Origin: Macrostomum hystrix
Lineage: Eukaryota > Animalia > Platyhelminthes
DNA length: 64,000 nucleotides
Direction of reading: 5' to 3'
NCBI GenBank assembly: GCA_950097015.1
Contig: CATNEN010000001.1
Coordinates: forward strand, 14,384,001 to 14,448,000
The notes below the pieces were generated by a model that ran no database searches, had not been told where the DNA came from, and saw only the letters and a program-made list of their open reading frames with translations. The position numbers were made by a program, and so were the translations under genes. Positions 30,466-42,699 of this stretch are shown here, piece by piece (within the stretch, counting starts at the first letter, position 1; each line of letters opens with the position of its first letter).

Positions 30466-31014
30466 TTTTTTTCTAATACAGGCCTAAGACAGTAAATTGG
30501 TTGGAATTAATTCATGAAACGATATAATTAAAAATCTCACAACAAGGCGCATTATGTTGGTCTGTTTTATTCTTTATTTTCTGCGTGAGGTCTTTGCAGA
30601 AATCACAAGGCCAAAGCACGTCGTTACATTCTGTTAAAGCGGTATTAGACGTACACTAAATATAAGAAAGACGACATATTAACATTAGACGGATTCTAAA
30701 ACCATGCGGCAATAGTATACGCTATAAGCTATGCTATATTATTATTAATATTTAATACCTTGAACTCCTATGTCCAACAATATATATCTTTTGCAATAGA
30801 CATCTCTAAAGAATGCACAAAGAATGCAATGCACGGCTCTACAACAGTTGTCGCTTACCTGTGTGGAAGTTACATTTTTACGCCATTAGGACATCGTGGC
30901 TGTTAGAAATTACGATGCTACTCAAACTCATATGTTGACACAACTCTCTTGAATCTTTTTAAATTATATATTGATGAGTGAGACTCATCTATTGGGGAGT
31001 TGAAGTAGCTTCCA

Positions 31015-31826
31015 TGTTTAGGGAAACTGTCTACTCCATCAAAACTGACATGGCTACTCTGCTGCTAGCTTGCTCAACCGGTGAGTACTGCTGCTCAAAA
31101 TTTGTGACGTATAATCTAAAACAGCCCTGCTCAGCTTTCCATCAACCATCAACTCAACCCTCAATTCAGTGATTGATATAGTCAGTGGCAAGACGTTCGA
31201 AACTAAGAACAGCGGCCCCGAAACCCTGAGCGAGTCGGTGAACAGCAGTTTGTTTAACGAGTCTGGAATCGCATCAAACGTCGAGTGCCTGTGTTGGTGC
31301 GAGGACAGAGGCTGCGCTGCCGCAGTGCTGAATGAGACCAGCCGCGTCAGCCAAATCTTTGTAGTCAACGATGAGTCATCTGGGCAGCTCGGTCCGAACG
31401 GCAGTCACGTGACGAGGCAGCTGGGCTCGGCAGCCGACAAAGCCGTGAGGCTGTGGAAGGCGGAGGACTTCTAGCAGCAGCTTCTATCCAGAGGCTTCAA
31501 AATGGTGCTCACCAGTGAGTTCATGCGAGTCGAAAACCCAAGTACTCATGGGTCATGAGCTTTTAGAAATTTTCTCGGAGCTGCTTCTTAAGTTAGTGAT
31601 TACAGGCCTTTTCAGCGTTTCAGGCCTTCGCTACTCCTTCCTCTCCTCTACTCGTGCGGCGGTGCCGGCGCCGGCTGGCTCGGTTGGGCCCGGCCCAGCA
31701 ATGAGTCCTTCGCTGATCCTGGAGGTCCCGGTCTGAGCCGCATCGACGGCTGGCTCGGTGGAGCTCGCAACTCCTCCTGCCCCACTGGCGACGGCGGCTT
31801 CGGTGGAGGCGGCGCTGGCGGTGCAC
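31015..31826 (+). pseudogene. Decayed PAN/Gly-rich paralog
   Basis: Signal exon ending 31080 (|gtgagt); PAN exon GPNGSHVTRQLGS..AVRLWKAEDF ending in TAG where the paralog has GAG; Gly-rich fragment GGAGAGW..SNESF..PGGPGLSRIDGWLGG cut by a SINE. Confidence 0.75.
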
Positions 31827-32010
31827 ACGCTCACACAGGTGTGTATATCTGCCCTGACTTTCTCATCGTAAGGCTGTGTGCACTCTCATTGTGCCTCGTA
31901 AATTGCGCGACAAGCCCCCCAGCATTCTCTGCGCGGCTGCGCCCCAAATAAATGTGGCTTAGGGACCGTGGTGCGAGAGGCAAACGCGTGAACCGCTCTG
32001 CCACCGACCG
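31826..32010 (-). mobile_element. SINE copy (reverse)
   Basis: CTGCCCTGACTTTCTCATCG, GGCTGCGCCCCAAAT, GAGAGGCAAACGCG, ACCGCTCTGCCA. Confidence 0.8.
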
Positions 32011-32747
32011 CCTTTGTCCATAGGTGTAAGATTTCACAATTTAAAAAGCAAATGAGTTTAGCTTTATACTTATGTACTGCACTTTGGGCATATTCTGTTA
32101 TCGTATGAGACTTTAGGTCTAAGTGTTCTTAATATCTCGCAAGCCTGCCTGTACGTGGTTCCCGAGTGAGTGAAATCTTTTAAAGCTATAGAAAAAAGAC
32201 AGAGTTAAGCCATGTACTCCTAGAATACTAGCACCTACGAGTAGTATGCATCTGGATAACTAATAACACTTGTGTTGGAGATAATAAACATTTTCCCTTC
32301 GTTCTCCAGTCAGTTTCTCCAGACAGCCCATGGTTACGCACTAATTAAACAGCACCTGCTTGCAAGCAGTAAACATACCCGAGAACAGTTTATAACGTTG
32401 GAAATGCAAGTCAAACATCAGCCTCTCTGACTGCCGAGCTCCCATTGACGGCAGTGGTTGAAGGCAGATACACATTAGTATTGATTTAGATAATGCCAAA
32501 CAACTGCTCCCTCACAAGCATTGAAGTCACGAAGAAACAGTCCATTAACTGTTTTTGCATTTATTGGAATTACGAATCATTTCTGCTGATGAAACTCAAT
32601 CCCTTTCTGATGGAGGTGTATTGAGCAGGCTACTTAGTGCTCAACTCAGTTGCAGAGACCGCCTCAGCTTGCCTTCACTCACTCTACTCACGACTGAGAC
32701 CGATTTCCGATTTGAGCCAATACTGAAATTCGCAATGGGGTTGAGAA

Positions 32748-33200
32748 TGGTAGCTGCGATGTTGCTTGTTAGTGCAACTGGTGAGTACCGTCGAAGTACT
32801 GTCTCATTGACTCTCCAGCGCATCACTGCTACAAGCTCGAAATCTCATGCAGTGATTCATGCTGCCACCGGAAAACTATTCAAACTTGATACAGCGGTTC
32901 CATTGCACTGAATAACTCGGTGAGCAGCAGTCTGTTCAACGTGTCCGGAATTACATCGAATGTCGAGTGCCTGTGTTGGTGCGAGGACAGCGGCTGCGCT
33001 GAATGAGACCAGCCGCGTCTGCCATCAGACGTAGATCGTAGTCATCAACGATGAGTCATCTGGACGGCTCGGTCCGAGCGGCAGTCACGTGACGAGGCAG
33101 CTGGGCTCGGCAGCCGACAAAGCCGTGAGGCTGTGGAAGGCGGAGGATTTCGAGCAGCAGCTTCGTTCAAGAAGTTTTCCAGTAACTCTTTTTCCAGGAG
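32748..33200 (+). pseudogene. Second decayed PAN-domain paralog
   Basis: Signal exon MVAAMLLVSAT|gtgagt; 32940-33160 highly similar to 31260-31480 with stops and indels. Confidence 0.7.
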
Positions 33201-34320
33201 GTATGTTGTAACTCAAGTTAATTTACTCCAGTAACAGTTTATTTAAGTAACCCGTATTTATTTTAATATTTTAATTCCTCTTTATTAGCTTTCAGTTCTA
33301 TTTCTCATTCTAACACCCCGTAAGTCAGTTTGTCTAGTTTAATAATACTATTTTCCACTTTGTTTTCGCCTGCTCTTGCATATTCTAAATATTTGCAGTA
33401 TATTAGTTATCTACATTTTTCGTAACTCCTTTTCTGGATCTTCAGGCATCAGGCAAACAATCCTGTAATAAAAACTTTTAAAGAGAGCATTGAGCAATTG
33501 TCAAATATAGCTGGCAACTGAGAAATTGCAAAACTCAAAGACATTTCGCGCAGGTTAAATGCATATGCAAATGCATATTATCACGCACAGTAAGTGTGAT
33601 ACAGACTACATCAAACAAAACACTGATGGTTCATAGTGAGCTACTGCGCAACTAAACCAGACAAATACCATATGCCTTATTCTGTATCTAAATACTGCCC
33701 ATGGCCCTTTGCCAAACATGCCAGGTAAATACTGAGAAGTGTTTTGAGTGTGCATCTCTTGATTAAGCAGTTAATATATCAGCATTAAAATTCCCTATCA
33801 AATAATTAAAGGCTTCAGCAAAATTCCCTCTTATTTGCTCCAGCATCTATCTCAGCTTTGCATGTGGCAAGAAAAAAAAATGTTGTCGAATGTTTTAGCA
33901 AAGTACGCCAGCGAGGCTACAACTCACAGTCTGGGTCGTCTCATTGGAGACAGGCCGCACTAGACATCGCTGACCGCCTGTGCAGTGCGAATTCGAGATG
34001 CCTTCCTGAGCTACTCCAGCGGCAGTCTGAAGTCAAGCATCCGGGCCAACGAGTTGGACTTTGAGTTTCCGGACATCTACATCTGCAGCGAGAGCCCGAT
34101 CTCTGGCAGCTACTCCGCGACACTCAGCGCAGAGGACCGCGCGCTGCTGAAACATTTCCAACGAATCGTCAACGAGAGCATTGCTGACTTGAACACAAAC
34201 ATCCCTGCTGATAACTATGCCATCAGACTCACGAACACCTTGCCGTACCAGTTCCTGTCTGACAAGATGGGTCGCAGGGCCAACCAGCTTGCTGTTCTGT
34301 ACGTCTTGAATGGAAATTAC

Positions 34321-37300
34321 TGTAAGACTTGCGTACTTGTACTTCGCCCCGCATTGCGTCAGCTTGCTCCAGCCAATCAATACCTCTTACGTCTTGTGCG
34401 CGCACTCAGCACTTTCAACTCTCACCTGTCGTACCCCCACCCCAATTATCGATCCATTAAATATATATTGTCGCCCGCGGGGCAGCGCTCAGTTGAGCAT
34501 ATTTTCGACCACAAATCAAAGACTCTACAGTGGCATCGCAAGCAGTCATGTCTGTGCCCCTACACCTGCCCCCACCTGAGCCTTTCGATACACAGAAAGA
34601 GCCACACAATCTCGCGGCGCGGTGGGCAGAATGGGCCAGCCGGTTCAAGTGCTTTGTGACAGCTAGCGGCATTTCAAACACGCAACAGCAACGCGAAATT
34701 CTGCTATACGTCGGCGGTAAACAGCTTTACGAAGCCTACGCAGAGCTGACCACACCAGGCGAGTCACTCGACGATCTCCTAAAGGCCTTCAAAGGGCACT
34801 TCAGCAGCAGGCACAACCCCGTGTTCGTGCGGTACGAGTTCCGGTTCTGCACCCAACAGCAGGGCGAGTCCATCAACGCTTGGGTGCAGCGGCTGTACAG
34901 GGCAGCGGAGGGCTGCGATTTCGAGACCCAGCGCGACCCCATCATCAGGGACCAGATCGTTGCCGGCTGCCAATCAGACCAGCTGCGCCGCAGGCTGCTG
35001 CAGACACCGAATATCGGCCTCCAGGACGCCCTGCAGCAGGCCAGAGCCTTCGAATCGGCGGACCTCCAGTCAGCGGCTATCGAAGCCCGCAAGTCCGACT
35101 CTGTGAATGCGGTTCGGCGAATCGAGAGGCCAGCGAGATTCGAGCAGCCCAGAAACAGCAAATGCATCCGCTGTGGCGAGCCGGGCCACAGAACTTGCGA
35201 GGCGGCCCGCGGAAAGACTTGCCGGAGCTGCAACAAAGTTGGGCACCTAGCGAAGGCCTGTCTGTCCAAACCGTCCGGCTCGAGGAGGGTGCACACCATC
35301 ACCGAGGAGCAGCAGCCCGAACAGCAGGGACCCGATGACAGTGACAGTAGCTGCGAGGTCTTCAGCCTCTCCCCTCTGAGAAAGAGGCTGCCGCTCGTGA
35401 AAGCCGACATCAACGGTCGTGCCACAGACCTGCTTATTGACAGCGGCGCGAACTGCAACCTCATGGACGTCAGGACCTTCAAGGCCATCGAGGGCAGCGC
35501 GGCCCAGCTTGTTGAGTCCCAAAAAAAAGTATTCCCGTTCGGCTCCAGCAAGCCGCTGACGACATTGGGCAAGGCCACCTTGCAAACGACCGTCTACGAC
35601 GTCAGCGCCCGCATCAGCTACATCATCGTGAAGGAAAGCGGCACCACGATCATCGGCCGCCAGACCAGCGAGGGACTCGGCATTCTGCGCATCGGGCCAA
35701 GCCAACCGACGGTCTGCCAGCTGACGGAAGCCAACAAGCTGCCGAAGTCTCTCAACACAGCCCTGGAGGCAGCAGCAGCCGAGGCGAACGACCGGACGCT
35801 ACCAGAACAGGAGCGCCTAGCCAACATCCTCCGGGCACACCGCCAACGTTTCGAGGGCATCGGCTGTGTCAAGGACGTCGAGGTCAGCATCCACCTACGC
35901 GAAGAAGCCGTGCCTGTCTGCCACCCACCCAGCCGAGTCCCGGTGCACCTGCGGGAGGCAGCGCAGCGCGAGCTGGACGAACAGCTTGCGGCCGGCATCA
36001 TCGAGCGAGTGAAGGGACCGTCCGACTGGGTGGCCCGCATGGTGGTAGTCCCGAAGTCGCAGCCGGGCCAAGTGCGCATCACCCAGGACCTGCGAGATGT
36101 CAACAAGTTCGTGGTGCCCGAGAAGCAGCCCATCCCGACATTCGAGGAGGTCACAGACGAAATGGCAGGCGCGCGCTACTTCTCGGAGCTCGACATCAAC
36201 AAGGCCTTCCATCAGATCCGTGTCCGGGAGGAATCGCGCCACTTGCTGACGTTCTCCACGCCAAAGGGCCTCATGCGACTGACGCGCCTGTGCATGGGCT
36301 TCACGTCAGCGTCGGAGATCCTGCAGAGGGTCATGACCACCGTGCTCGGCGGCCTGTCCGGCGTCCGCTGGGTGCACGATGACATCATCATCTACGCCAG
36401 AAACATCAAGGACCACAACCAGCAACTGGCGGCAACTCTGCAGCGGCTGGAGTCCTACAACGTCACCCTCAACCCGGCGAAGTGCAGATTCGCGGTCAGG
36501 GAGGCGACTTTTCTCGCCATGCGCCTCTCTGAGAAGGGCATCCAGCCAACTGAGGACAAGGTGAGCGCGGTCCAGTCGTTTAGGGCACCGAAGAACGCGT
36601 CCGAGGTGAGATCATTCCTAGGCCTCGTTGCCTTTGTCAGCCGCTTTATCCCAGCACTCGCAGACATTGCCAAGTCTCTCAGAAACCTGACCAGAAGGGA
36701 GGCCGCCTGGACCTGGGGAGCGGCGGAAGACGCCGCCTTCAACGCCGTCAAGAGCTACATCGCTGCCAGCAGCACTTTAGCGTTCTTCGACAAGCAGAAG
36801 CCGACAGAAGTGATCGTGGACGCCAGCCCGACCGGCCTCGGGGCAATCCTTAGCCAGCAACAACCAGACGGCAGCCTGAGACCAATCGCCTACGCCAGCC
36901 GCGCCCTGACGGCCGTAGAGGCGCGCTACTCGCAGACTGAGCGGGAGGCCCTCGCGGTTAAATTCGGCTGCCTCCGCTTCCGCCACTACCTCAGCGGCTC
37001 ACCCGGCTTCCGAGTCGTCACCGATCACAAGCCGCTGGTGCACCTCTTCAAGCCAAATTCCCGGCCGCCTCCGAGGATCGAAAGAATGGCACTGAGCATC
37101 CAGGACCTGGTGTTCGAGACAACATACAGGCCAGGCCCGTCCAACCCCAGCGATGTCCTGAGCCGGCAACCAAGCGGGCCCTCAGCAGTCGCTGCAGTCG
37201 GTGAGTCCAGGGACACTAACTTCATTAACAGCATCGCCGAAGCCGCCACCCCGAAGGGACTCTCGCTGCAGCAGATCAAGGAGGCGACGGCAAGAGACGA

Positions 37301-39054
37301 AGCGCTGCGGGCAGCCATCGCGGCCCTCCGCGGTGGCGACTGGGACCTTCGAGACGCAACGCTGCGGTCCCTGCATGCGCTGAAGCAGGAGCTGTCCGCA
37401 ACCGACGGGGTCTTGCTACGAGGACACCGGATTGTCGTCCCCGAGGCTCTACGACAGGCAGTGCTGCGCCTAGCGCACCAAGGACACCAGGGAGACAAGA
37501 AGACACAGGCCAGACTGTCCGCGAAGGTCTGGTGGCCAGGCATGGTTGGAGAAGCGCGGCGCATGTGCGACACCTGTCTGCCGTGCCAAGCAGCGAGCCA
37601 TCGAGCGGCAGTCCCGGCGGCTCCGCTGCAGGCCACGCCGCTGCCGCCGTATGCCTGGCACACTCTGGGCATCGACTTCACCGGACCGGTGCAAAACCGG
37701 CACCTGCTGGTCATTGTGGACCACTTCTCCCGGTACCCAATCGTCATCAGCATGTCGTCCATGACTGCTGAGGCCGTCACCAAGCAGCTGCGAAAACTTT
37801 TCGCCACGTTCGGCAGGCCGACCCAGCTCGTGTCCGACAACGGGCCGCCGTTCAGTTCGCAAGCGTTCCGCGACTACCTCGGCAGCAACGGCATCCAGCA
37901 GCGTCTCGTCACACCGTACCACCCGGCGGCGAACGGCGTCACGGAACGCGTCAACCGATCAATCAACAAGACCGTCAGGATCGCCAACATCGAGTCAACA
38001 GACTGGCGGGAGGCTCTGGAGGACTGGCTAGAAGCCTACCGCAACACCCCGCATTCGAGCACGGGGTCGACGCCAGCCGAGCTCATGTTCCAGCGGCAGG
38101 TCCAGGACGTCATCCCCAGCGTGCAACAGCGAGGCCAGCAGCCGCGCAACCTGGCGTCCATCAGGGCCCGCGACAACGAGGCCAAGCAGCGGATGGCCCG
38201 GTACGCCGACGACCGCCGAAGGGCCGCAAGCCACGACATTAGATCTGGCGACTCGGTGCTACGCAGGCGGAGACCAGCGGCCAAGACAAAGACACCGTTC
38301 GAGCCGGAGCCCTGGACCATCGACGAGGTAAAGGGCGACTCCCTGGTGCTGAGCAGAGGGCGCCAGACCTGCATGCGTCACATCACGGACCTCAAGCACC
38401 TGCCCACAATCGACCAGCCACCGACGCCACCGCCACCAGGCGGGTCAGCGCCACCAATGGAGCCACCACCGGCAGCGGCGCCAGCAGCGCCACCAGAGGC
38501 GCCTACAGCGCTGCTACCGGCGCCACCCCTGGCGCAGCCACGGACGGCGGGAGGCCGTGCATCGCCGCCGAACGTCTCGAGGTGCCCACTGCCGCGCGCG
38601 TGTAAAATCAGTCGACTGTGACTCTTTTGCGGTACTCAAAAGAACGGTACTCAATATGCCGTTCTAATCACTACTTTCGCATCATCGTGAACAATACTTG
38701 TCATTCATTTGCCATGCCAACAATTTAATACTCACTTTTATTCCTTGTTGGGGGGTGGGAGCGCCTGTTTTACCTTATTCAAGTTTCGTCTTTGTGGCCA
38801 CCCTGCTCGTGTTAATCTCCTATTTTAATTTCATTTTGGGAAGGATGTAAGACTTGCGTACTTGTACTTCGCCCCGCATTGCGTCAGCTTGCTCCAGCCA
38901 ATCAATACCTCTTACGTCTTGTGCGCGCACTCAGCACTTTCAACTCTCACCTGTCGTACCCCCACCCCAATTATCGATCCATTAAATATATATTGTCGCC
39001 CGCGGGGCAGCGCTCAGTTGAGCATATTTTCGACCACAAATCAAAGACTCTACA
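34321..39054 (+). mobile_element. Full-length Ty3/Gypsy LTR retrotransposon (Mag-like)
   Basis: 209-bp TG..CA LTRs 34321-34529 and 38846-39054, apparently identical; 5-bp TSD ATTAC (34316-34320, 39055-39059); PBS-like TGGCATCGC after the 5' LTR; purine tract GGGAAGGA before the 3' LTR. Confidence 0.97.
34548..38621 (+). CDS. Single-ORF Gag-Pol (2 zinc knuckles, PR, RT, RNase H, IN)
   Basis: CIRCGEPGH..CRSCNKVGH..C, LIDSGA, VHDDII, DASPTGLGA, HQGH..CDTC, IDF/SDNG/ER; Gypsy domain order; first ATG at 34548. Confidence 0.96.
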   Translation: MSVPLHLPPPEPFDTQKEPHNLAARWAEWASRFKCFVTASGISNTQQQREILLYVGGKQLYEAYAELTTPGESLDDLLKAFKGHFSSRHNPVFVRYEFRFCTQQQGESINAWVQRLYRAAEGCDFETQRDPIIRDQIVAGCQSDQLRRRLLQTPNIGLQDALQQARAFESADLQSAAIEARKSDSVNAVRRIERPARFEQPRNSKCIRCGEPGHRTCEAARGKTCRSCNKVGHLAKACLSKPSGSRRVHTITEEQQPEQQGPDDSDSSCEVFSLSPLRKRLPLVKADINGRATDLLIDSGANCNLMDVRTFKAIEGSAAQLVESQKKVFPFGSSKPLTTLGKATLQTTVYDVSARISYIIVKESGTTIIGRQTSEGLGILRIGPSQPTVCQLTEANKLPKSLNTALEAAAAEANDRTLPEQERLANILRAHRQRFEGIGCVKDVEVSIHLREEAVPVCHPPSRVPVHLREAAQRELDEQLAAGIIERVKGPSDWVARMVVVPKSQPGQVRITQDLRDVNKFVVPEKQPIPTFEEVTDEMAGARYFSELDINKAFHQIRVREESRHLLTFSTPKGLMRLTRLCMGFTSASEILQRVMTTVLGGLSGVRWVHDDIIIYARNIKDHNQQLAATLQRLESYNVTLNPAKCRFAVREATFLAMRLSEKGIQPTEDKVSAVQSFRAPKNASEVRSFLGLVAFVSRFIPALADIAKSLRNLTRREAAWTWGAAEDAAFNAVKSYIAASSTLAFFDKQKPTEVIVDASPTGLGAILSQQQPDGSLRPIAYASRALTAVEARYSQTEREALAVKFGCLRFRHYLSGSPGFRVVTDHKPLVHLFKPNSRPPPRIERMALSIQDLVFETTYRPGPSNPSDVLSRQPSGPSAVAAVGESRDTNFINSIAEAATPKGLSLQQIKEATARDEALRAAIAALRGGDWDLRDATLRSLHALKQELSATDGVLLRGHRIVVPEALRQAVLRLAHQGHQGDKKTQARLSAKVWWPGMVGEARRMCDTCLPCQAASHRAAVPAAPLQATPLPPYAWHTLGIDFTGPVQNRHLLVIVDHFSRYPIVISMSSMTAEAVTKQLRKLFATFGRPTQLVSDNGPPFSSQAFRDYLGSNGIQQRLVTPYHPAANGVTERVNRSINKTVRIANIESTDWREALEDWLEAYRNTPHSSTGSTPAELMFQRQVQDVIPSVQQRGQQPRNLASIRARDNEAKQRMARYADDRRRAASHDIRSGDSVLRRRRPAAKTKTPFEPEPWTIDEVKGDSLVLSRGRQTCMRHITDLKHLPTIDQPPTPPPPGGSAPPMEPPPAAAPAAPPEAPTALLPAPPLAQPRTAGGRASPPNVSRCPLPRACKISRL

Positions 39055-41044
39055 ATTACCAGCCCGAAATTCGAACCGTGAGACTCTCCGAGTACCTGAA
39101 CTGCTTCACTCTAAGCCTGAATGAGATAAGAGACATTCTTAGACATTCATTATCTGCAGAGCCCGACAAGTTTCTTGCAGATTGGCCTGTTTCTCGACCG
39201 TCAGCTGCCCGGTCCGTCCGAGAACTCCACAGATTAGGTAGTTTTCTCTGCGGAGGGTTTCGATAGTGTGCTCAAGCCTGTTGACTGGAACTTTAACTAC
39301 GGCACAGATCCATCCACTCCGTTGGGATCTCTGCTGCTGATTGGGCCTAGGGGTCAGCAGGCCTGCAAAATGGGTACCTCGTTGACGATTGGCCCGTCAC
39401 TACGCCATGAGCTCTCCAAAAGGATGCAGGAGATCGTTTATGATGATGACATCAGCACGTAGTGCTTTGGCTCTAAAAGCGGAAACGAGATGATGGACTT
39501 TGTCGATCCGTACACAGAACAGAAACAGGTCTTCCCTTACAGTCAGGTTGGCTGCTTCTATCAACAGATTGCACGATCGTCAATGGAGCAGTTCAAGTGT
39601 ATCTCATGGCGAACGTCGCTTCCGTGGGAGTTCAGATTTGCGCCTAATTGCTTCAACCTGAGCCATTTTCCCTCTGCAATAGTTTTGGACACGAAATTTG
39701 CGGCTGAACGAGAGAAAATAGCAATCAATGCAGCTCGCGTGTGCGCCGCGTAACCCAGTGTTGGCGATCTGTACTGAGCTGCCAACTCGTCTAGTCTCTG
39801 GCCCTCTGAGAGGGCGTGGAATAATCATAAAAAATTCATCCAAAAAGACGGTTCAACACCAGGCTTGTCCTACCTGGTGGGCAATGCAACCTTTCAACAG
39901 GTGCGCGAGTCGGTGCTTTCATTGCAGCTGGATAGCGCCGAGTTCTTTAGCCTGGAGGTCCGCTTGTCTCTCGCTTACGGCTTCGGATCACTGATAGCGG
40001 ATGTCGGTGGTCTGCTCGGCCTCTTCCTTGGCATGTCGCTGCTGTTGCTGATAGAGCTGGTGGAGCTCCGTCACGACTGCTGTCTGATTGGTTGGCGTAA
40101 GGTCAAGCTGTAGAAGCAGGCAATTGCTGCGGCGGCGAGCTGTGAGTTGTCTGCGACTGAAGCGGCTGCGCGCTGAAAACGTTATCCTCGCGTTTTATCA
40201 ATAATTTGTCGAGACTTTGGCGACCATTTTCCCAGCGGTTTTTAATGTTAGAGTTTTTACTCCACAGGTCACTCCGTCCAGTTTGGAAATTCTGTCGAGT
40301 GAAAAAGAACCGAATGGCTTAAAGTGGTCACATCTTTACATTTAAATTTACATCCGAAAATTAAATATATAAATAATTATTGAACTGCTTTATCTTCTTA
40401 GATATTTTCGTTCTGAGATCCCTGAGCAGTAAAGTCCGCGGCGAGATCGCTTTATCTTGGGCGTTGCCGCGTAGAGAAGGCTTGGCGGCCTGTCGTGCAA
40501 CTTTTGAGACAGGTTTAGGTACATGCATAAGCAATAAATAACCGAGTACCCTACCGAGTACATAATTGCCCCCTAGCTGCAACGGCAGTCGCTAATTGAT
40601 TTTGCTAACTAAGTCAAAATCATTTCATTTTTTGCTCAAAAATGCACGTGAAGTACTACTCGACAAGAGTTTAGTAAGTACTATATCAAGTGGCACAGTT
40701 CAATTCTTTCAGAGATAAATTTAGACCAATACAGAAGCTGCGGCAACTTATAACGAAAACGCTTCACTCTATAATTCCGGATGAATTTAATCGACCCCAT
40801 ATAATTGTTGAACTTGCAGATAATTTGTATCCAGTATTTTATGTTGCTCAACTTTAATGATCGAATGGAAAGTTGCTCACTTCCTGTATTTTTGTCTACT
40901 CGCATAGACATGACTGCCTATCTGCTCAACCCAGGAGAAACATGCTAATTTCCATGGAGAAACTACAATACTTAGCGTTTTCACATCGATTTTAGCAGAC
41001 TGTCGTGGCAACAGACATTTTATCTATGAATGATGCAGCTGTCA

Positions 41045-41510
41045 CTACTGCGAAGGAGAAGGGACAGCCGCCCCTAGACTGGCGATAGTTCTGGGTGTTC
41101 GTACACCTCTCCTGGTGTTTAGATTCCATCCATCGCCTGATCCTGGTGCAGATCGCTGAGGATGGGATCGGGGCCCTGGTCCCGGGCCTGTCCGGGAGCC
41201 GGCTGCTCCAGCTCTTGCGAGCTGGTCCGCCATCTCGTTTCCCGGGAGGCCGGCATGGCCAGAGATCCACTTCAGCACTACCGAATAGGACTGCGCCAGC
41301 CCGTTGAGTTGTTTGTTGCAGTCGAAGGTGGTTTTGGAGTTGGTGGAAGTACGGTCGAGGGCCCTGAGGGCAGCCTGGCTATCGGAATGAAGAAAAGATT
41401 TTCCGTCCAGTGATGCCACTCAGGCGCATTTCCGCCGCGCTGGAACAGATGGCGAGCAACTCGTTCTGAAAAACGCTGGAATTTAGCCCAGTGTGCTGGC
41501 ATTGAGTCAC
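41045..41510 (-). mobile_element. Degenerate LINE RNase H fragment
   Basis: SVFQNELLAI, HSDSQAAL, LKWISGHAGLPGNEMADQLAR across frameshifts. Confidence 0.75.
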
Positions 41511-41524
41511 TACTGGCTCATCAT

Positions 41525-42170
41525 AGATGTCTAATTCCTGTCTAAGTAACATCCTGCACAACAGTTTTCCAACCCCGCCTAACAGATGTGTCTAACACCC
41601 TGTCTAACAGATGTCTAACACACTGTCTAACAGATGTCTAACACCCTGTCTAACAGATGTCTAACACACTGTCTAACAGATGTCTAACATCCTGTCTAAC
41701 AGATGTCTAACATCCTGTCTAACAGATGTCTAACATCCTGTCTAACAGATGTCTAACATCCTGTCTAACAGATGTCTAACATCCTGTCTAACAGATGTCT
41801 AACACCCTGTCTAACAGATGTCTAACACACTGTCTAACAGATGTCTAACATCCTGTCTAACATATGTCTAACACCCTGTCTAACAGATGTCTAGCACACT
41901 GTCTAACAGATGTCTAACACACTGTCTAACAGATGTCTAGCACACTGTCTAACAGATGTCTAACACCCTGTCTAACAAATGTCTAACACACTGTCTAACA
42001 GATGTCTAACACACTGTCTAACAGATGTCTAACACACTTTCTAACAGATGTCTAACATCCTGTCTAACAGATGTCTAACATCCTGTCTAACAGATGTCTA
42101 ACATCCTGTCTAACAGGCGTACAACACGCCTGTCTAACAGGAGTTAGACAAGCGTCTAACATGTCTAAAA
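41525..42170. repeat. 23-bp minisatellite (GTCTAACATCCTGTCTAACAGAT)n
   Basis: Direct inspection; internal TGTCTAACA dimer structure. Confidence 0.95.
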
Positions 42171-42699
42171 TCCTTCAAAACGAGCTTAGTGTTTAGTCTA
42201 AAAAAACAGCAATTGTAAAAACAGCGAAATAAAGCTAGGTCAGGTCAATTTAGTTGCTCTTAGCTGGCACTGATTGTCATTTCAAGCCAAATTGTTCCTT
42301 CGCACGCAGTTGGTGGCAGCCATCGTGTTCACTCTCAGTTTTACATTGTTTACAGAGCCACTTATGACAAGCATATTTTTTCTGCATGCCATTACAGATT
42401 CAACGATAAGTGTTGCCCTTGGGTCCAATCGCTTCCACGAAGGATATCTGGGCCTGAAACAGATGACTGTTGCATAACCCTTAGCCAGAAAACTGAGCTG
42501 CAAATTGATGTTTGGGTCAACTGATGACTGGGGAAGCCTGACTTTAGGAAGTTGGAAAATTAGTTCCTGCTGGACACTTAGTGGCGAGCTGATTTTATTG
42601 CTAAAAATTTATTCCTGACTTTCCAGGGGAGAGGGAAGGTTTTAAGGGTGGGAAGATAAAGTGGGGGAGGAAAGTGAGATTAGGGTAAGAGGGTAAGAG

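Larger units (their letters stand above)
33880..40113 (+). pseudogene. DEG/ENaC subunit C pseudogene interrupted by Gypsy element
   Basis: MLSNVLAKYASEATTHSL.. at 33880, FEFPDIYIC, resumes after 39059 (YQPEIR..YLNCF), in-frame stops near 39460 and 39751, frameshifts, TM2 ADVGGLLGLFLGMSLL. Confidence 0.88.

Noticed and set aside
34736-38374. Many overlapping ORFs within the Gypsy element
   Set aside because: Shadow frames of GC-rich gag-pol
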